Of a stretch of 64,000 nt of DNA, positions 37,177 to 47,520 are shown one piece after another. Under the pieces are notes generated by a model. It saw only the letters and a program-made list of their open reading frames with translations. It had not been told where the DNA came from and did not search any database. The translations under genes were made by a program, and so were the position numbers. The DNA is taken from the IMG/VR virus record IMGVR_UViG_3300009370_000003; one strand, 5' to 3'. The stretch's first letter is position 1; each line of letters opens with the position of its first letter. The stretch is from a virus.

Positions 37177-37455
37177 TTATATAATCTCCAACCTAACGAC
37201 AAGATTTCCTTGACCTTTAAGGACACGGTAAAACTTGTTTTTAGGAATATTATATTGTTTTCCTATCTCCATGATTACTGGTTGGTCTTCACCTATCTGT
37301 AATTCCCAACCGTTGCTTGTAAATACTCTAACTCTTTTAGTGTCCTTTTCTTTAAACCATAAGTCATCACATTCGTTTTCGAAAGTTCTAATTGTATAGG
37401 ACTGGTTTGTCCCATGTTTTATAAAGCTCTCTTCTGTATATGGTTTCATGGTCAC
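37177..37455 (-). CDS. small cupin-like protein
   Basis: PY.E...IRTF...GW.LQ....P...IPK..YRV.KG. Confidence 0.55.
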   Translation of the reverse strand: MTMKPYTEESFIKHGTNQSYTIRTFENECDDLWFKEKDTKRVRVFTSNGWELQIGEDQPVIMEIGKQYNIPKNKFYRVLKGQGNLVVRLEII

Positions 37456-37473
37456 TAAAGTATTTAGTGTGGT

Positions 37474-38082
37474 CTATTTTACCTCTATATCCTCATTGTA
37501 TGGATAGTCCTTTAAAGGATTGCCAAATACTTGAGAAAAATGTTTCTTAACCTTGTTCTTTTGTTCTTGAAAGAATTTTGTTTGCACTTCTATATACTCG
37601 TCCATGTCTTGGCCGGGCGTATCTTCTTGATAGGCTTTTCTTATCTCGTCTGTTCCCATCTCATGGACTCCGTTATCGTGTTTATTACCGTATGATTCCC
37701 ACCTCTTTCTAAGACCTTCGTCCTTCTTTTTCTTTTTCATTGTGGGAGGCATTGATATACTTGGCCCTGTGGAATTCATTGGTGCTTCTTCTACCATATC
37801 ACCTTCTTTACTTGAGGTGACCCATACCCTAGACCCTTTGGTCTCGTTATGTAGTTTCAGCATGTCTTCTTTAGACCCTGTTTTAACTACTTTGTTATCT
37901 ACAACTAATGCATAGGTTATCTCATCAGAAGTTTTACCTATTGCGTCTTCACCTACTTTGATAGTTTTTGACTCTTTTTTAAATTGTTTCCAAAAGGCAG
38001 CTCTTACTTTTTTAGATATCCTTGCTCTACCTTCCCAATCAGAAGACCTCTGTTTCAATCTATTTTCTCCAAATGACTTCAT
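37474..38082 (-). CDS. putative internal head protein
   Basis: MKSF start; EEAPMN and E.GTD....Y...TPGQ motifs. Confidence 0.55.
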   Translation of the reverse strand: MKSFGENRLKQRSSDWEGRARISKKVRAAFWKQFKKESKTIKVGEDAIGKTSDEITYALVVDNKVVKTGSKEDMLKLHNETKGSRVWVTSSKEGDMVEEAPMNSTGPSISMPPTMKKKKKDEGLRKRWESYGNKHDNGVHEMGTDEIRKAYQEDTPGQDMDEYIEVQTKFFQEQKNKVKKHFSQVFGNPLKDYPYNEDIEVK

Positions 38083-38423
38083 TCTATTTCCTCATGTTCG
38101 TCCACATGATCATCAAATTCTTCTTGTAATTTCTTAACATCGTCTTGTAGATATTCAATATTTAAATCTTGAACGGCATCATCAGGTAAAGCTCCCAGCT
38201 CACCTCTTGGCCATTTGATTCTAAATTCTTCATTCATTTCCACTGCATCTTGCATACGAATTACATCTAACTGTAACTGAGCTATTTGACCTGTTAATGT
38301 GAAATAGACTCCAGCTATAGATAATATTACAGCAAGTATTCCTATTAGACTTTTTACATCTATAGTTACTTGACTATTTTCTGTTATCGGTTTTACCTTG
38401 GGGCTCATTGTGCGTCCTTCCAT
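38079..38423 (-). CDS. membrane protein with coiled coil
   Basis: single TM; EFRIKWPRGE.G.LP.D motif. Confidence 0.65.
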   Translation of the reverse strand: MEGRTMSPKVKPITENSQVTIDVKSLIGILAVILSIAGVYFTLTGQIAQLQLDVIRMQDAVEMNEEFRIKWPRGELGALPDDAVQDLNIEYLQDDVKKLQEEFDDHVDEHEEIE

Positions 38424-39154
38424 GCAGCGAATGCCATTTGTCTAATCTTCTTATCAGACTTACCTTTGAATTGTGGTGCGTCTGATTTCCTAAAATCTTT
38501 TATGTAATCTCCAACATCTGCATCTGCACCTAATGCCTCTGTTACTTTAAGTCCCAATTTCTTTTGATACTTATTAATCTGTTTTAATATTTTCTTTTTC
38601 TCGTTCTTATTCTTTGTATTAAGATACTTCTGCATAAGGTCAATCATTGCATCAGAATCGATACCTTCATTAACTTCTTCGTTCTGTGCAGCTTTTCTAG
38701 CGGATTCTCTCTCTGCTTCTATTGCCTTATTCTGTGCTTCTTTTTCTTTATCTAATGCAATCTTCTCGTTTTCTCTTTCATGTCTCTCTTTCATAGCATC
38801 CATTTCTTCCACTTGTTTTCTCTTAAGTGCTTCCATTTCCTCTACTTGTTGTGCTTTTAACTTTGCAGCTCTAACAGCAGCGTCTTCTTCGTTAAGTATT
38901 TCTTCGGTAAGGTTATCACCAAACTTAAGGAATAGTTTTCCTTGCTCTTGTTTCTTGTCTGTGACTTTGAAGTTAATCATTGCACCAATAGTATTAATAT
39001 CTGCAATACCCCTCTCTCTATTCTTTTGAAAACTTTTCGTGAGTTTCTTTCCAAGGGTCTCCAAAAGAAACTTAAGAATCTTATTCCATTCCATAACAAG
39101 CTTACCCTCGTCTAAAGGGTTTTTGAACTCTTCTCTGTATCTTTTAGTAGCCAT
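38405..39154 (-). CDS. putative internal head protein
   Basis: K/E-rich; YI.DF.KSDAPQFKGKS..K..QMA module. Confidence 0.6.
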   Translation of the reverse strand: MATKRYREEFKNPLDEGKLVMEWNKILKFLLETLGKKLTKSFQKNRERGIADINTIGAMINFKVTDKKQEQGKLFLKFGDNLTEEILNEEDAAVRAAKLKAQQVEEMEALKRKQVEEMDAMKERHERENEKIALDKEKEAQNKAIEAERESARKAAQNEEVNEGIDSDAMIDLMQKYLNTKNKNEKKKILKQINKYQKKLGLKVTEALGADADVGDYIKDFRKSDAPQFKGKSDKKIRQMAFAAWKDAQ

Positions 39155-39158
39155 AATA

Positions 39159-40448
39159 CTATTTATCCCCTTTCTTCCTTAATAACATGCGTTCACGCCA
39201 TTTCAGTGCAAGTTTGTTTGAGGGAAACTTAGAAGTCCATGTCATTAATTTACCATATAATGTGTTTGCTTTCTTATCTAAAGAAGCTAGGTCATCGTCA
39301 TTCTTAATCTCTATGAAATCCTTTTTGAATATAGATTTATATTCGGCTGCATTCTTTTGTGCAGCGTCCCAGTCACCTTTAACAATTTCGGGTGGGAGTT
39401 TTCTTGCACGAAGTTGATTTCTTTTCTGTGCATTGTCGAGACTTGCATTTACAAATACCATTTTGTATTCGTATCCTAACTTATCTAATAGTTTCTTATA
39501 TCCTTTAATTTTAGATGATCTTGCACTGGTAGTATCAAAGATTAATCCTAACCTTCCACCAATATAACTTTCTAAACTTTTCTTTGTAATTGCTTTTGCC
39601 TTTGCACGAATTGGGTCACGAAGGGCAGCGTCCATATCTCTTAAATCGAGACTAAGTCCAGCCTTCTTAAGTCCATTCTCAAATGCTTTATCAGTGTTGA
39701 CCATTCTTAGTCCTAGTGCTTTCAGAGCTAACTTCTTAACAACTGCAGATTTACCACTGCCCGGCCCACCTGATAGGAATACTGCTTTGAATATACCTTG
39801 GTCATATACTCCTTCTTTAACTAAGTCTTCTAGGATATATGTGGGTAGGACTCCTTCATTGATTCCCATACCCTTTCTAATTGCTTTGTATAGTGCCTCT
39901 TGGTCTCTCTTATTCTTAGAAGGGACTCCTTGTTTAAAGTTATCAAAGTCATCGTCTTCTGCATATGCTCTCATTTTACTTGCAGACATTCCTGATACAT
40001 CATCTGCGTCAGGGTCACGCTCTCCAGCTGATACAATGTTAATTGATTTGAAGTTATAAAACCCGTGTCTTGCTTTTACATTATTGTATTTTGTTATAAG
40101 GTTCTGAAATTCTTTTACTCTATCTGAACCGACAACCATGTTAATTGAACTATATCCTTTTTCATGTAAGAAATTACAAATGTCAAATACAGTTCTTATA
40201 GCTGAATCATTAATCATAACTTTCTTACCAAAGAACTTCTTAAGATATTTTATCTTGTCTTTGTGTGTAAGAGGATTCTTTTTCTTATCATTAGAATGAG
40301 AAGTAAATAACATAATGTCATCTGCTCTAACCTTTCTTAGTTTCTCTACTAATTTTGCGTGTCCTGTGGTGGGTGGATTAAAGCGACCAAAAGTGAATGT
40401 CACACTTTTATCTTTTGCTTCTGTTAGCCATTTACCAAATTGTTTCAT
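39159..40448 (-). CDS. cytidyltransferase-like nucleotidyltransferase fused to a P-loop (zeta-toxin/AAA_33-like) kinase
   Basis: FGRFNPPTTGH, VGSDR, SAGERDPD and SASKMR; then KAVFLSGGPGSGKS. Confidence 0.85.
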   Translation of the reverse strand: MKQFGKWLTEAKDKSVTFTFGRFNPPTTGHAKLVEKLRKVRADDIMLFTSHSNDKKKNPLTHKDKIKYLKKFFGKKVMINDSAIRTVFDICNFLHEKGYSSINMVVGSDRVKEFQNLITKYNNVKARHGFYNFKSINIVSAGERDPDADDVSGMSASKMRAYAEDDDFDNFKQGVPSKNKRDQEALYKAIRKGMGINEGVLPTYILEDLVKEGVYDQGIFKAVFLSGGPGSGKSAVVKKLALKALGLRMVNTDKAFENGLKKAGLSLDLRDMDAALRDPIRAKAKAITKKSLESYIGGRLGLIFDTTSARSSKIKGYKKLLDKLGYEYKMVFVNASLDNAQKRNQLRARKLPPEIVKGDWDAAQKNAAEYKSIFKKDFIEIKNDDDLASLDKKANTLYGKLMTWTSKFPSNKLALKWRERMLLRKKGDK

Positions 40449-41188
40449 ACGCCCTCCATGATTAATGTAGGGTGAAAATCTTGTTTAAAAAACATGTTAT
40501 ATTTTCTAAAATTTGCTCTGACTATTCCTCTTTTATGAAAAAAGAATGCAAAAATACTTTTAAAGGTTTTCCCTTTCCATAGTTGTTTATCGTGTTTTAA
40601 CATCATAAGTGAAATAACAAATGCAGTATAAAAGAGACCTAAACTTTTCCTTAACATGATTCTCTTTCTTGATTTTGAATCTCCTGACACCTGATTATAA
40701 ACATCAAATGCAACTGACTTGTGTTCGATTTCTTCTGTAGCATGCCATTCCCAAAGTTTTGCTACGGGATTTTTATTATAACGGGAAAGGTTTAAATAAT
40801 AATAACTCTGTAATGCAGTTAAGTGTTCCATGCCTACAGTGGTTGCTAACTTAGTAAGTTTATCTTCATTTGCAAAGAGTCTTTGATATTTCTTTTCAAA
40901 TTTTTCTTGGTCATATCCTCTAAGGTCACATAATAGTTTATTATACTTTGTATGTTCTCGAATATGCATGGCTTCTTGTTTGCAAAAGAGGTCTATATCT
41001 TTTAATAATTTTTTGTCTGTAATATCATTTCTGTATGCTCTTACTGACGCAATAAATGATTTCTCACCTTCGGGAAAACTAAGACTTATTGCATTATAGA
41101 ATGCAGTGAAAAATTTATTATTAAAATTCCAATCCTTTAATAACCAATCTTCTAAATCAAACTTCATGTCTCTAACTACCATTGTCAT
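40445..41188 (-). CDS. ferritin-like 'metal-dependent hydrolase' family protein
   Basis: FPEGE..FI.SV, QEAMH..EH, EHLTA and WHATEEIEHKSVAFDV. Confidence 0.85.
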   Translation of the reverse strand: MTMVVRDMKFDLEDWLLKDWNFNNKFFTAFYNAISLSFPEGEKSFIASVRAYRNDITDKKLLKDIDLFCKQEAMHIREHTKYNKLLCDLRGYDQEKFEKKYQRLFANEDKLTKLATTVGMEHLTALQSYYYLNLSRYNKNPVAKLWEWHATEEIEHKSVAFDVYNQVSGDSKSRKRIMLRKSLGLFYTAFVISLMMLKHDKQLWKGKTFKSIFAFFFHKRGIVRANFRKYNMFFKQDFHPTLIMEGV

Positions 41189-42397
41189 TTACTTGTCCCA
41201 ACTCTTGATTGCAGTAAAGTTATTATAGGCAAACTCCATTCTGTCAACGAGTTTAACTGCTTTGCCTTTCCTATCGATTGCAACATAACCTTCGGGGTTG
41301 ACAACTTCAAACCCAGTTGCAGTCTTTTTAAAGGTTCCTATGCTCTTTACTCTATTTAGGGCAACGATAATAATCTGCTTTGCTATAACCAACTGTTCCA
41401 TGAACTTGGTAAGGTTGGTTATGAATTTTTTAAGTGAAAGTAGTTCGCTGAATATTTGTTCACCAATTTCTCTTTTAATTTCTTTTGTCTTTTCCATTTT
41501 AACTTTACCAACTACTTTATCTCTCCAGTAGTTTTCAAAATGTTTTAAATACCCGTCAGCTGTGGGTTTATAATTACCAGCACGGATTAATGAATTTGTG
41601 TATGTTTTATATGAAGCACCAGCAGCTCCCTTTGCACCCATAGCAGTTTGTAATTCCTGAAACTTTTTCAAGTCATTCTTCTTGATACCATGAAATGCTT
41701 TACCTACTAGAGATAATGTTTTACTTAATTTAACACTCTCCTTTGCAGTCATAGTAGAATTACCACTCACATCTTTATAGGTTGCATCGTCAACCCACAC
41801 ATCATTATTGTGTCCTAGTTTAGATATATTTGCACCAAAAGAAGCACCAAGGTCTTCTATGGTTGAACCTGTATATGAGGTATGAAATACTATGCCTAGT
41901 TTTGCATTTGCAATCTTAGCTCCTAGGTCTGACTCTATGTCTACTGCATAAAGAATAGTATTGGGTTGGAATGTAACATAAGATTTACCGTCTATTGTCT
42001 GCATTTTCTTATCAGAAGAGGTAAACATTAGGTCACCTTGTAGTATCTTGTCAAATGATAACTTTGAAAGATACTTAAAGGATTGTAGGAACTTATCTTG
42101 TAGGTCACCCGAGAGTTCAGGTGCGTCTTTTATTGCTTTTTCAGAAGTGTAATGTAGTTGTTGTTTGGTGAATAATGATTTCTTTGCAACAAAGAATTGT
42201 CCAGTCTCGGGGTGTTTGCCTGCCCAAATTGCTGGAGCTCCGTCCCATTTTACAGTCATGTTGACTTTACTATTGGAATTCCCTTTCATCATGTCTCTAA
42301 GACCTTGAAGAAAGTTTATTGCACCACGACCACCATCAATACCTTGATTGATAATTTCGTCTTCTAAATGCTCTAAATGTAGATTTTTCGCTGCCAT
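41189..42397 (-). CDS. conserved T4-like protein with an RNA-ligase-like KxDG motif
   Basis: HLEHLED, TVKWDGAPA, QGDLMF, PEGYVA and KLVDR.EF. Confidence 0.75.
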   Translation of the reverse strand: MAAKNLHLEHLEDEIINQGIDGGRGAINFLQGLRDMMKGNSNSKVNMTVKWDGAPAIWAGKHPETGQFFVAKKSLFTKQQLHYTSEKAIKDAPELSGDLQDKFLQSFKYLSKLSFDKILQGDLMFTSSDKKMQTIDGKSYVTFQPNTILYAVDIESDLGAKIANAKLGIVFHTSYTGSTIEDLGASFGANISKLGHNNDVWVDDATYKDVSGNSTMTAKESVKLSKTLSLVGKAFHGIKKNDLKKFQELQTAMGAKGAAGASYKTYTNSLIRAGNYKPTADGYLKHFENYWRDKVVGKVKMEKTKEIKREIGEQIFSELLSLKKFITNLTKFMEQLVIAKQIIIVALNRVKSIGTFKKTATGFEVVNPEGYVAIDRKGKAVKLVDRMEFAYNNFTAIKSWDK

Positions 42398-42455
42398 AAT
42401 AGTATTCTATCACAAATGTTGTGGAATACTACTATTTATGCTTTTTTATAATTTA

Positions 42456-42872
42456 CTAAAGTGCGATATCGGGTGCATCGTTATCGATGTTATCTTGTAG
42501 ATTATCAGAATCCGCTTGGTAAACTGCCAAGTCTGCCTTTAGTTTGGTCAGAGCAGCTGCACCTTCTTGAGCTGCGACATCTTCACCATTGTCACTCCAA
42601 TTTTTCCACACCTTATAGACTCCCCTAACTAAGGAAGTTGCTCTAGTGCTACCACCAGTTGTGGTTTCATCAGCTGTCGGAAATTGAGTTCTCCACCATG
42701 CAAAATACGCATCACCACCACCCGTTGTTGTAGTTGTGTGTGCTAATGCCTCCGCATCAGTATCTCCATTTGGGCCAAAGGTATTTGAATTAACACCTTC
42801 TATCCAGTCAATGGCTCTTTGGATTCCTAAAATTTTTTCATCTACACTTGCTTTTTCATCTGCATATGCCAT
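42456..42872 (-). CDS. hypothetical late protein
   Basis: late promoter plus an AGGAGG SD. Confidence 0.65.
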   Translation of the reverse strand: MAYADEKASVDEKILGIQRAIDWIEGVNSNTFGPNGDTDAEALAHTTTTTGGGDAYFAWWRTQFPTADETTTGGSTRATSLVRGVYKVWKNWSDNGEDVAAQEGAAALTKLKADLAVYQADSDNLQDNIDNDAPDIAL

Positions 42873-42898
42873 ATGCTTCCTCCTAAATATAGAACTAT

Positions 42899-43096
42899 TT
42901 AGGTTTTCGAAAGGGGTGAGGAGTGAAGTTTATCTTCTAATTGATCTATTTTTAGCTGAATAAGTTGAACCTTGCGTTCTTCCCCATTAGTCTTAGCTTC
43001 TTTCAATTTTTTCTTGAGCGCAATTTTATGTGTTATCGTTTCAATAACTTCGTCTGATTTTAAAGTCTTTCTTATCATCACGCCACCATTATGCAC
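42899..43096 (-). CDS. small basic coiled-coil protein
   Basis: ORF in the operon. Confidence 0.5.
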   Translation of the reverse strand: MHNGGVMIRKTLKSDEVIETITHKIALKKKLKEAKTNGEERKVQLIQLKIDQLEDKLHSSPLSKT

Positions 43097-43332
43097 GATT
43101 CTAATTGCTCTTCTAAAGACTCTAATGGATTACATAGTGGTTCCTCAATAGGCTCTTGAATTGGTATCTCTTCTAGTTCAGGTGGACATAGAAATGTCCC
43201 TTCTCTGTCATTATAACAAAGTCCGTCCAATACTTCCATAGAACCACATGCAAATAACGATGCTGTCAGAAATAATATAGTCAAAATTCTCATAATACTA
43301 TTTAGGGTTACTTTAGAAGTCTCCATCTGCAA
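43078..43332 (-). CDS. putative lipoprotein (start probably MRIL)
   Basis: LFAC lipobox. Confidence 0.5.
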   Translation of the reverse strand: MQMETSKVTLNSIMRILTILFLTASLFACGSMEVLDGLCYNDREGTFLCPPELEEIPIQEPIEEPLCNPLESLEEQLESCIMVA

Positions 43333-43756
43333 CTTGAACTACAGTGGTTCCTCTTGCTCTCCACATATCAACGACTTTGTTCCTATCGTCAAATACAAGG
43401 TCAATTTTACCACCAATTTCTTCAAACTTGTCAGCAAGTTCTGCTTTGAATACTTCATCAGGGTCATATGAACCATCAGGTCTAAGAAAAAGACCTTGAT
43501 GACCATCACCAATCCACTCATGAATTTGTGATTCGGTAACAGCTCTTTCTGACTCATTCCTTGCTGAAAAGAATGCAACTTGGTCACCAGCTGCAATGAA
43601 TCTTTTTGCAATGTTACAAACCCATTCAACTGGTGTATCGAAGGCTGTTTGCCTCCTAAATTCATTCCAATCTTTAGGCTGAGAACCGTCTACCAAATGT
43701 CTCCTATGTTCACAATCGGCAATAGTTCCGTCTACATCAAAAATTACTGTTTTCAT
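43313..43756 (-). CDS. HAD phosphatase (PseT 3'-phosphatase-like)
   Basis: FDVDGT, SAR, LFLRP...D...K and FDDR..V..MWR. Confidence 0.88.
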   Translation of the reverse strand: MKTVIFDVDGTIADCEHRRHLVDGSQPKDWNEFRRQTAFDTPVEWVCNIAKRFIAAGDQVAFFSARNESERAVTESQIHEWIGDGHQGLFLRPDGSYDPDEVFKAELADKFEEIGGKIDLVFDDRNKVVDMWRARGTTVVQVADGDF

Positions 43757-43762
43757 ACCTAT

Positions 43763-43792
43763 ATATTATCAAAAAATGACACCCATTGTCAA
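43763..43792 (-). promoter_or_regulatory. sigma70-type promoter
   Basis: TTGACA-N18-TAATAT with a TG extension. Confidence 0.7.
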
Positions 43793-43794
43793 GG

Positions 43795-45177
43795 CTAAAT
43801 CTTAAAATCGGAGTATCTATCTCGTCCTCTATCTGCTACTGGAACTGAATCGTCAAAATCTTCTTCAGCTGAATCTATCAACTCTTCTTGTGCTTCTTGT
43901 TCACAATCATAAAGTTTCATGCGACTTCTATCTACACCTATAACAAATCGTTTAAATATTGTAGGGTCATTGTATCTGTTCTTTAATTGTTTGACTACTA
44001 ACTGGTCTAAATCTTCTAGTTCGTCACTGGTAATCAGTGCAAACATTAAATCTGCAGTTGCAGGCAGTCCAAAAGATTCCGAAGTGTCTTCGAGTCCAAT
44101 ATCTGTGGAACCATAGCCACTTCGGGTTGTCTGTGTTGCACTCACAATAGGAACATCATATTCCACTGCAAGTCCTCTTAATTCTTCTGCGATACTCTTA
44201 ACTAATGTGTAAGAGTTTGCACCAGCTCCCGGCCGAATTCTATGTGATGCACATATATTTAGATAATCAATGAAGATAATGTCGGGCTGAAAGTCTTTTT
44301 TAATATTCAACTCTTGTAATAAATGTCTGAAATGACCAGCGTGAGCAGCTGCAGTAGGATATTCTTTTACAATAAGTTTACCCTTGGTTTTGTTTTTAAG
44401 TTTATCAATCTTCTTATCAAACATTTTCTTTGATAAGTCAGGCAATTCCTTCATGGGAATATTCAAGGTATTTGCGTCAATCCTTTCTGCAATTCTTTCT
44501 TCACTCATTTCAAGTGTGATATACAATACATTCTTATTCATCATAAGATTTGCAGCTGCACAATGACACATGAATAATGATTTACCAACACCAGTTCCAG
44601 CAAGACAAATGTTTAATGTCTTGTTAGGTAATCCACCCTTGGTAATCTTATTAAAATACTCTAAGTCAAATGGAATCTTCTCTTCTTCCGTATGATAGAA
44701 TTCAAATCTATCGTCTGAATCCTCTATCACATCATGACCAATATGGGTATCAAAGGACACGGAGAGTGCATCTTTAAGAAGTTCAGGTATTTCACCAGTG
44801 GAGCGTTGGGACTTCTTGTCTATGACTTCGATAGAATCCATGACTGCAATATAGATTGCTCTATCTTTGCACCATTTCTCTGTCTCGTCTACCAACCACT
44901 CTTGTGGAGTGTCATCTCCACCGAAACCTTTAACAATAGTTTTTGCGTCCTTGAGAGTCTTCTCATTAAGGGAAGTGCTATTCTCAAGATTTATGAGAAG
45001 TGCTTCTACTGTTGGTGGTTTAGTATATTTCTGAAAGTAATCGTATGAGAATTCATAGATTGTTTTTTCAGATATATCTGTGAAATACTCTGGCTTCAGA
45101 AAAGGTATGCACTTCCGTGTAAACTCTTCATTCTGAATCAGATTCTTGAGTATCGTCTGTTCTAGTCTCGTTTCCAT
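43795..45177 (-). CDS. replicative DNA helicase (T4 gp41)
   Basis: [26 protein letters not shown] and [11 protein letters not shown]. Confidence 0.97.
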   Translation of the reverse strand: METRLEQTILKNLIQNEEFTRKCIPFLKPEYFTDISEKTIYEFSYDYFQKYTKPPTVEALLINLENSTSLNEKTLKDAKTIVKGFGGDDTPQEWLVDETEKWCKDRAIYIAVMDSIEVIDKKSQRSTGEIPELLKDALSVSFDTHIGHDVIEDSDDRFEFYHTEEEKIPFDLEYFNKITKGGLPNKTLNICLAGTGVGKSLFMCHCAAANLMMNKNVLYITLEMSEERIAERIDANTLNIPMKELPDLSKKMFDKKIDKLKNKTKGKLIVKEYPTAAAHAGHFRHLLQELNIKKDFQPDIIFIDYLNICASHRIRPGAGANSYTLVKSIAEELRGLAVEYDVPIVSATQTTRSGYGSTDIGLEDTSESFGLPATADLMFALITSDELEDLDQLVVKQLKNRYNDPTIFKRFVIGVDRSRMKLYDCEQEAQEELIDSAEEDFDDSVPVADRGRDRYSDFKI

Positions 45178-46186
45178 ATTTAAAATAATCTCTCACTACT
45201 ACCTCAAGCCTTTCCATTACATCAGGTGTAAAGAACTTCTCGGGGTTATTATTAATCGTTTTTGCAAATTCAGTTTTACCGTTTGGTAATTCCACTCGTG
45301 TTGAGGACTTCTTGAATATTTCACTTGCAAGAGCAAGGTCAAGTAATCCGTAGTATCTATCCAAACCAGTTTCATAGTTTAGTCGGACATCAACCATTCG
45401 GTTTTCCACTGTAAGTCTTGACTTTGCATTTTTACAGTGAATAATATTTCCGATAACTGTTGTCCCTTCCTTCTCTTTTTTCTTGGACAGATAGATAATA
45501 GTTGAAGCTGCATACTTCAATCCACTACCACCACCCATTTCTTTTTGAGGGAACATAGAACCAATAACATCATAAGTGTGATTCGTAACTATTAATGGGA
45601 CGCCTGTCCTTCCTAGTTTGAGAGTCAATACTCTGAATGTGCCTTTAACAATTTGAGCACGAGTCATGTCTCGGGTTTCTTTACCCTCTGCAGTGTCCTC
45701 GATTTCTTTTGTAGTAGATAACATACCCAAAGAGTCAAGACACATCATCATTGGTGGTCTTTTATCTTTTGGGGTTTCTAGATATTTGTCTAATATAGAA
45801 ATTGCCTGTTGTCTGAATTCTTGAACGGTCACTACAGGCACAATGATCATTCTCTTTGAATCAATACCTCTATCTTCAATCATTTCTCTGCTGATTGCAG
45901 ATTCAGATTCAAAAAAGATTACAGCTGCGTCTTTATTATCCTCAAGGAATTGTCTAACCATTCCAAGTGCAAAATAAGTTTTACCAGTTGCTGATTCTCC
46001 TGCGATTGCAGTAATTTTGTTTGTTGGTAGTCCACCATATAATGAACCACTCAATAATGCATTGAAAACATAACTACCCGTATCAACGAATGAGTCAACA
46101 TCTCCAGCACTTACACCGTCAGAAACGACACTTGCATATTCGTTTCCTGATGATTTAACTAAGTCTTTAATAAATGACATAAACAC
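45128..46186 (-). CDS. uvsX: RecA-like recombinase
   Basis: [20 protein letters not shown] and [11 protein letters not shown]. Confidence 0.96.
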   Translation of the reverse strand: MFMSFIKDLVKSSGNEYASVVSDGVSAGDVDSFVDTGSYVFNALLSGSLYGGLPTNKITAIAGESATGKTYFALGMVRQFLEDNKDAAVIFFESESAISREMIEDRGIDSKRMIIVPVVTVQEFRQQAISILDKYLETPKDKRPPMMMCLDSLGMLSTTKEIEDTAEGKETRDMTRAQIVKGTFRVLTLKLGRTGVPLIVTNHTYDVIGSMFPQKEMGGGSGLKYAASTIIYLSKKKEKEGTTVIGNIIHCKNAKSRLTVENRMVDVRLNYETGLDRYYGLLDLALASEIFKKSSTRVELPNGKTEFAKTINNNPEKFFTPDVMERLEVVVRDYFKYGNETRTDDTQESDSE

Positions 46187-46207
46187 TCCTCATAAATGTA
46201 TACTACT

Positions 46208-46236
46208 ATTATACTATTTATGTGGAGTGTTGTAAA
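46208..46236 (-). promoter_or_regulatory. uvsX-41 promoter with an embedded TAAATA
   Basis: TTTACA-N17-TATAAT, preceded by AAAAACCACC. Confidence 0.7.
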
Positions 46237-46245
46237 GGTGGTTTT

Positions 46246-47244
46246 TTAACTTTCTTCTAAGCTTTCTTCGTCATCGTCTGTTATGCCAATGGCTCTGATA
46301 AGTGAATGAACTTCATCACCACCATCATTGTATAGTTTTTGAAGTCCTCGTCTCAATAGGTTTCTAGCTACTGATTCGATTTTCTTACCAGCAATCAAAG
46401 GTTTGATAAAGTCTGCTTGTGGTGTATTACCACCGTTTGTCATTTCTGCAAATGTGTTTTTGATTTCAGTGATAGACGCAGTGTTAACTGTCACCTCATT
46501 TTCATTTGCACTTAAGAGTGCAGCCATACCTAATAATAGATTTACTGACATAGTTTTCACATTTGGATATGCTTTCCTGATAACTTCGGAAGCTTCAACC
46601 ATAAACCTTGAATCTACAGATTCCCAGTTTTTGTCGAACATTCCAAAACCACCTAGGTCATATGCATCTGTATCAAGGTTGGTATTACCGACATTCAATT
46701 TACATCTTTTTAGTAATGCAAGTTGATCCATTGCAGTTGAGTCTCTAAAGACAACCTTTGCTCTAAAGATTTCATCAGGTGCCATTGAGGTTTGATCTGC
46801 ATTACGAGTTTTAAACATTTTTGCTTCGATTCTTTGACACTTAGCTTCTGAATGAGTAATGTCATGTGTAAATATAGAAGTTTTAATACCTAAAAGACCA
46901 ACGATTGCAGCCATGATACTTCTGTGGAATCCGTCCCATACGAACTTTCTTCCATCAGGTCTGACTGCAAGGTCAACATGACCTGCTACTGCTTTATCAA
47001 AACCACCGCTGTCAATCAAACGATTGATTAGTCTTTGGATTTTGAGTTTTCTTTGGTAAGTCAAATCAACATAGATATCAGACAAAGGAATTAAATCCTC
47101 ACCTGTATATGGTGATGCTGGTTTGAGTTTTTTAAGAGTGTCAAATTTGAAATTATCTATTTGCAAGATAATCATTATGATATCCGAAAGTTTGACGACT
47201 TCCGACATTGCACCGATTTGTGCAAACGCTTGTGACTTCTTCAT
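46246..47244 (-). CDS. ParB/Srx-like (DGxHR) domain protein
   Basis: VDLTYQR...V.DGFHR...EAKMF...N. Confidence 0.7.
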   Translation of the reverse strand: MKKSQAFAQIGAMSEVVKLSDIIMIILQIDNFKFDTLKKLKPASPYTGEDLIPLSDIYVDLTYQRKLKIQRLINRLIDSGGFDKAVAGHVDLAVRPDGRKFVWDGFHRSIMAAIVGLLGIKTSIFTHDITHSEAKCQRIEAKMFKTRNADQTSMAPDEIFRAKVVFRDSTAMDQLALLKRCKLNVGNTNLDTDAYDLGGFGMFDKNWESVDSRFMVEASEVIRKAYPNVKTMSVNLLLGMAALLSANENEVTVNTASITEIKNTFAEMTNGGNTPQADFIKPLIAGKKIESVARNLLRRGLQKLYNDGGDEVHSLIRAIGITDDDEESLEES

Positions 47245-47305
47245 AAGTCTTTCTCCTTGTTGTTTCCAACAGTTGTTATTAACATATTCCGCTAGGAATA
47301 CTACT

Positions 47306-47342
47306 ATTATATAGTGTGCTTGGGAGTTTGACTAGAGGGTTT
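47306..47342 (-). promoter_or_regulatory. promoter with AAACCCTCTAGTCA element
   Basis: TAGTCA-N17-TATAAT. Confidence 0.7.
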
Positions 47343-47520
47343 TTCTCTTTTCTTTTCTTTCTTTTCTTTCTTGTCTGATGTCTTTAATAGTGTCGTTTCT
47401 TGCTAAAGACTTCTCTATCATAGTTTTGATTAGATAGATTTGACATTCCAAATGAATAATAAAACCAAAGATAACCGCTATCATGGCAATGTAGAAACAG
47501 TCTAGAAATTCAATAACCAT
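47332..47520 (-). CDS. small membrane protein
   Basis: TM segment with a basic tail. Confidence 0.55.
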   Translation of the reverse strand: MVIEFLDCFYIAMIAVIFGFIIHLECQIYLIKTMIEKSLARNDTIKDIRQERKERKEKRKTL

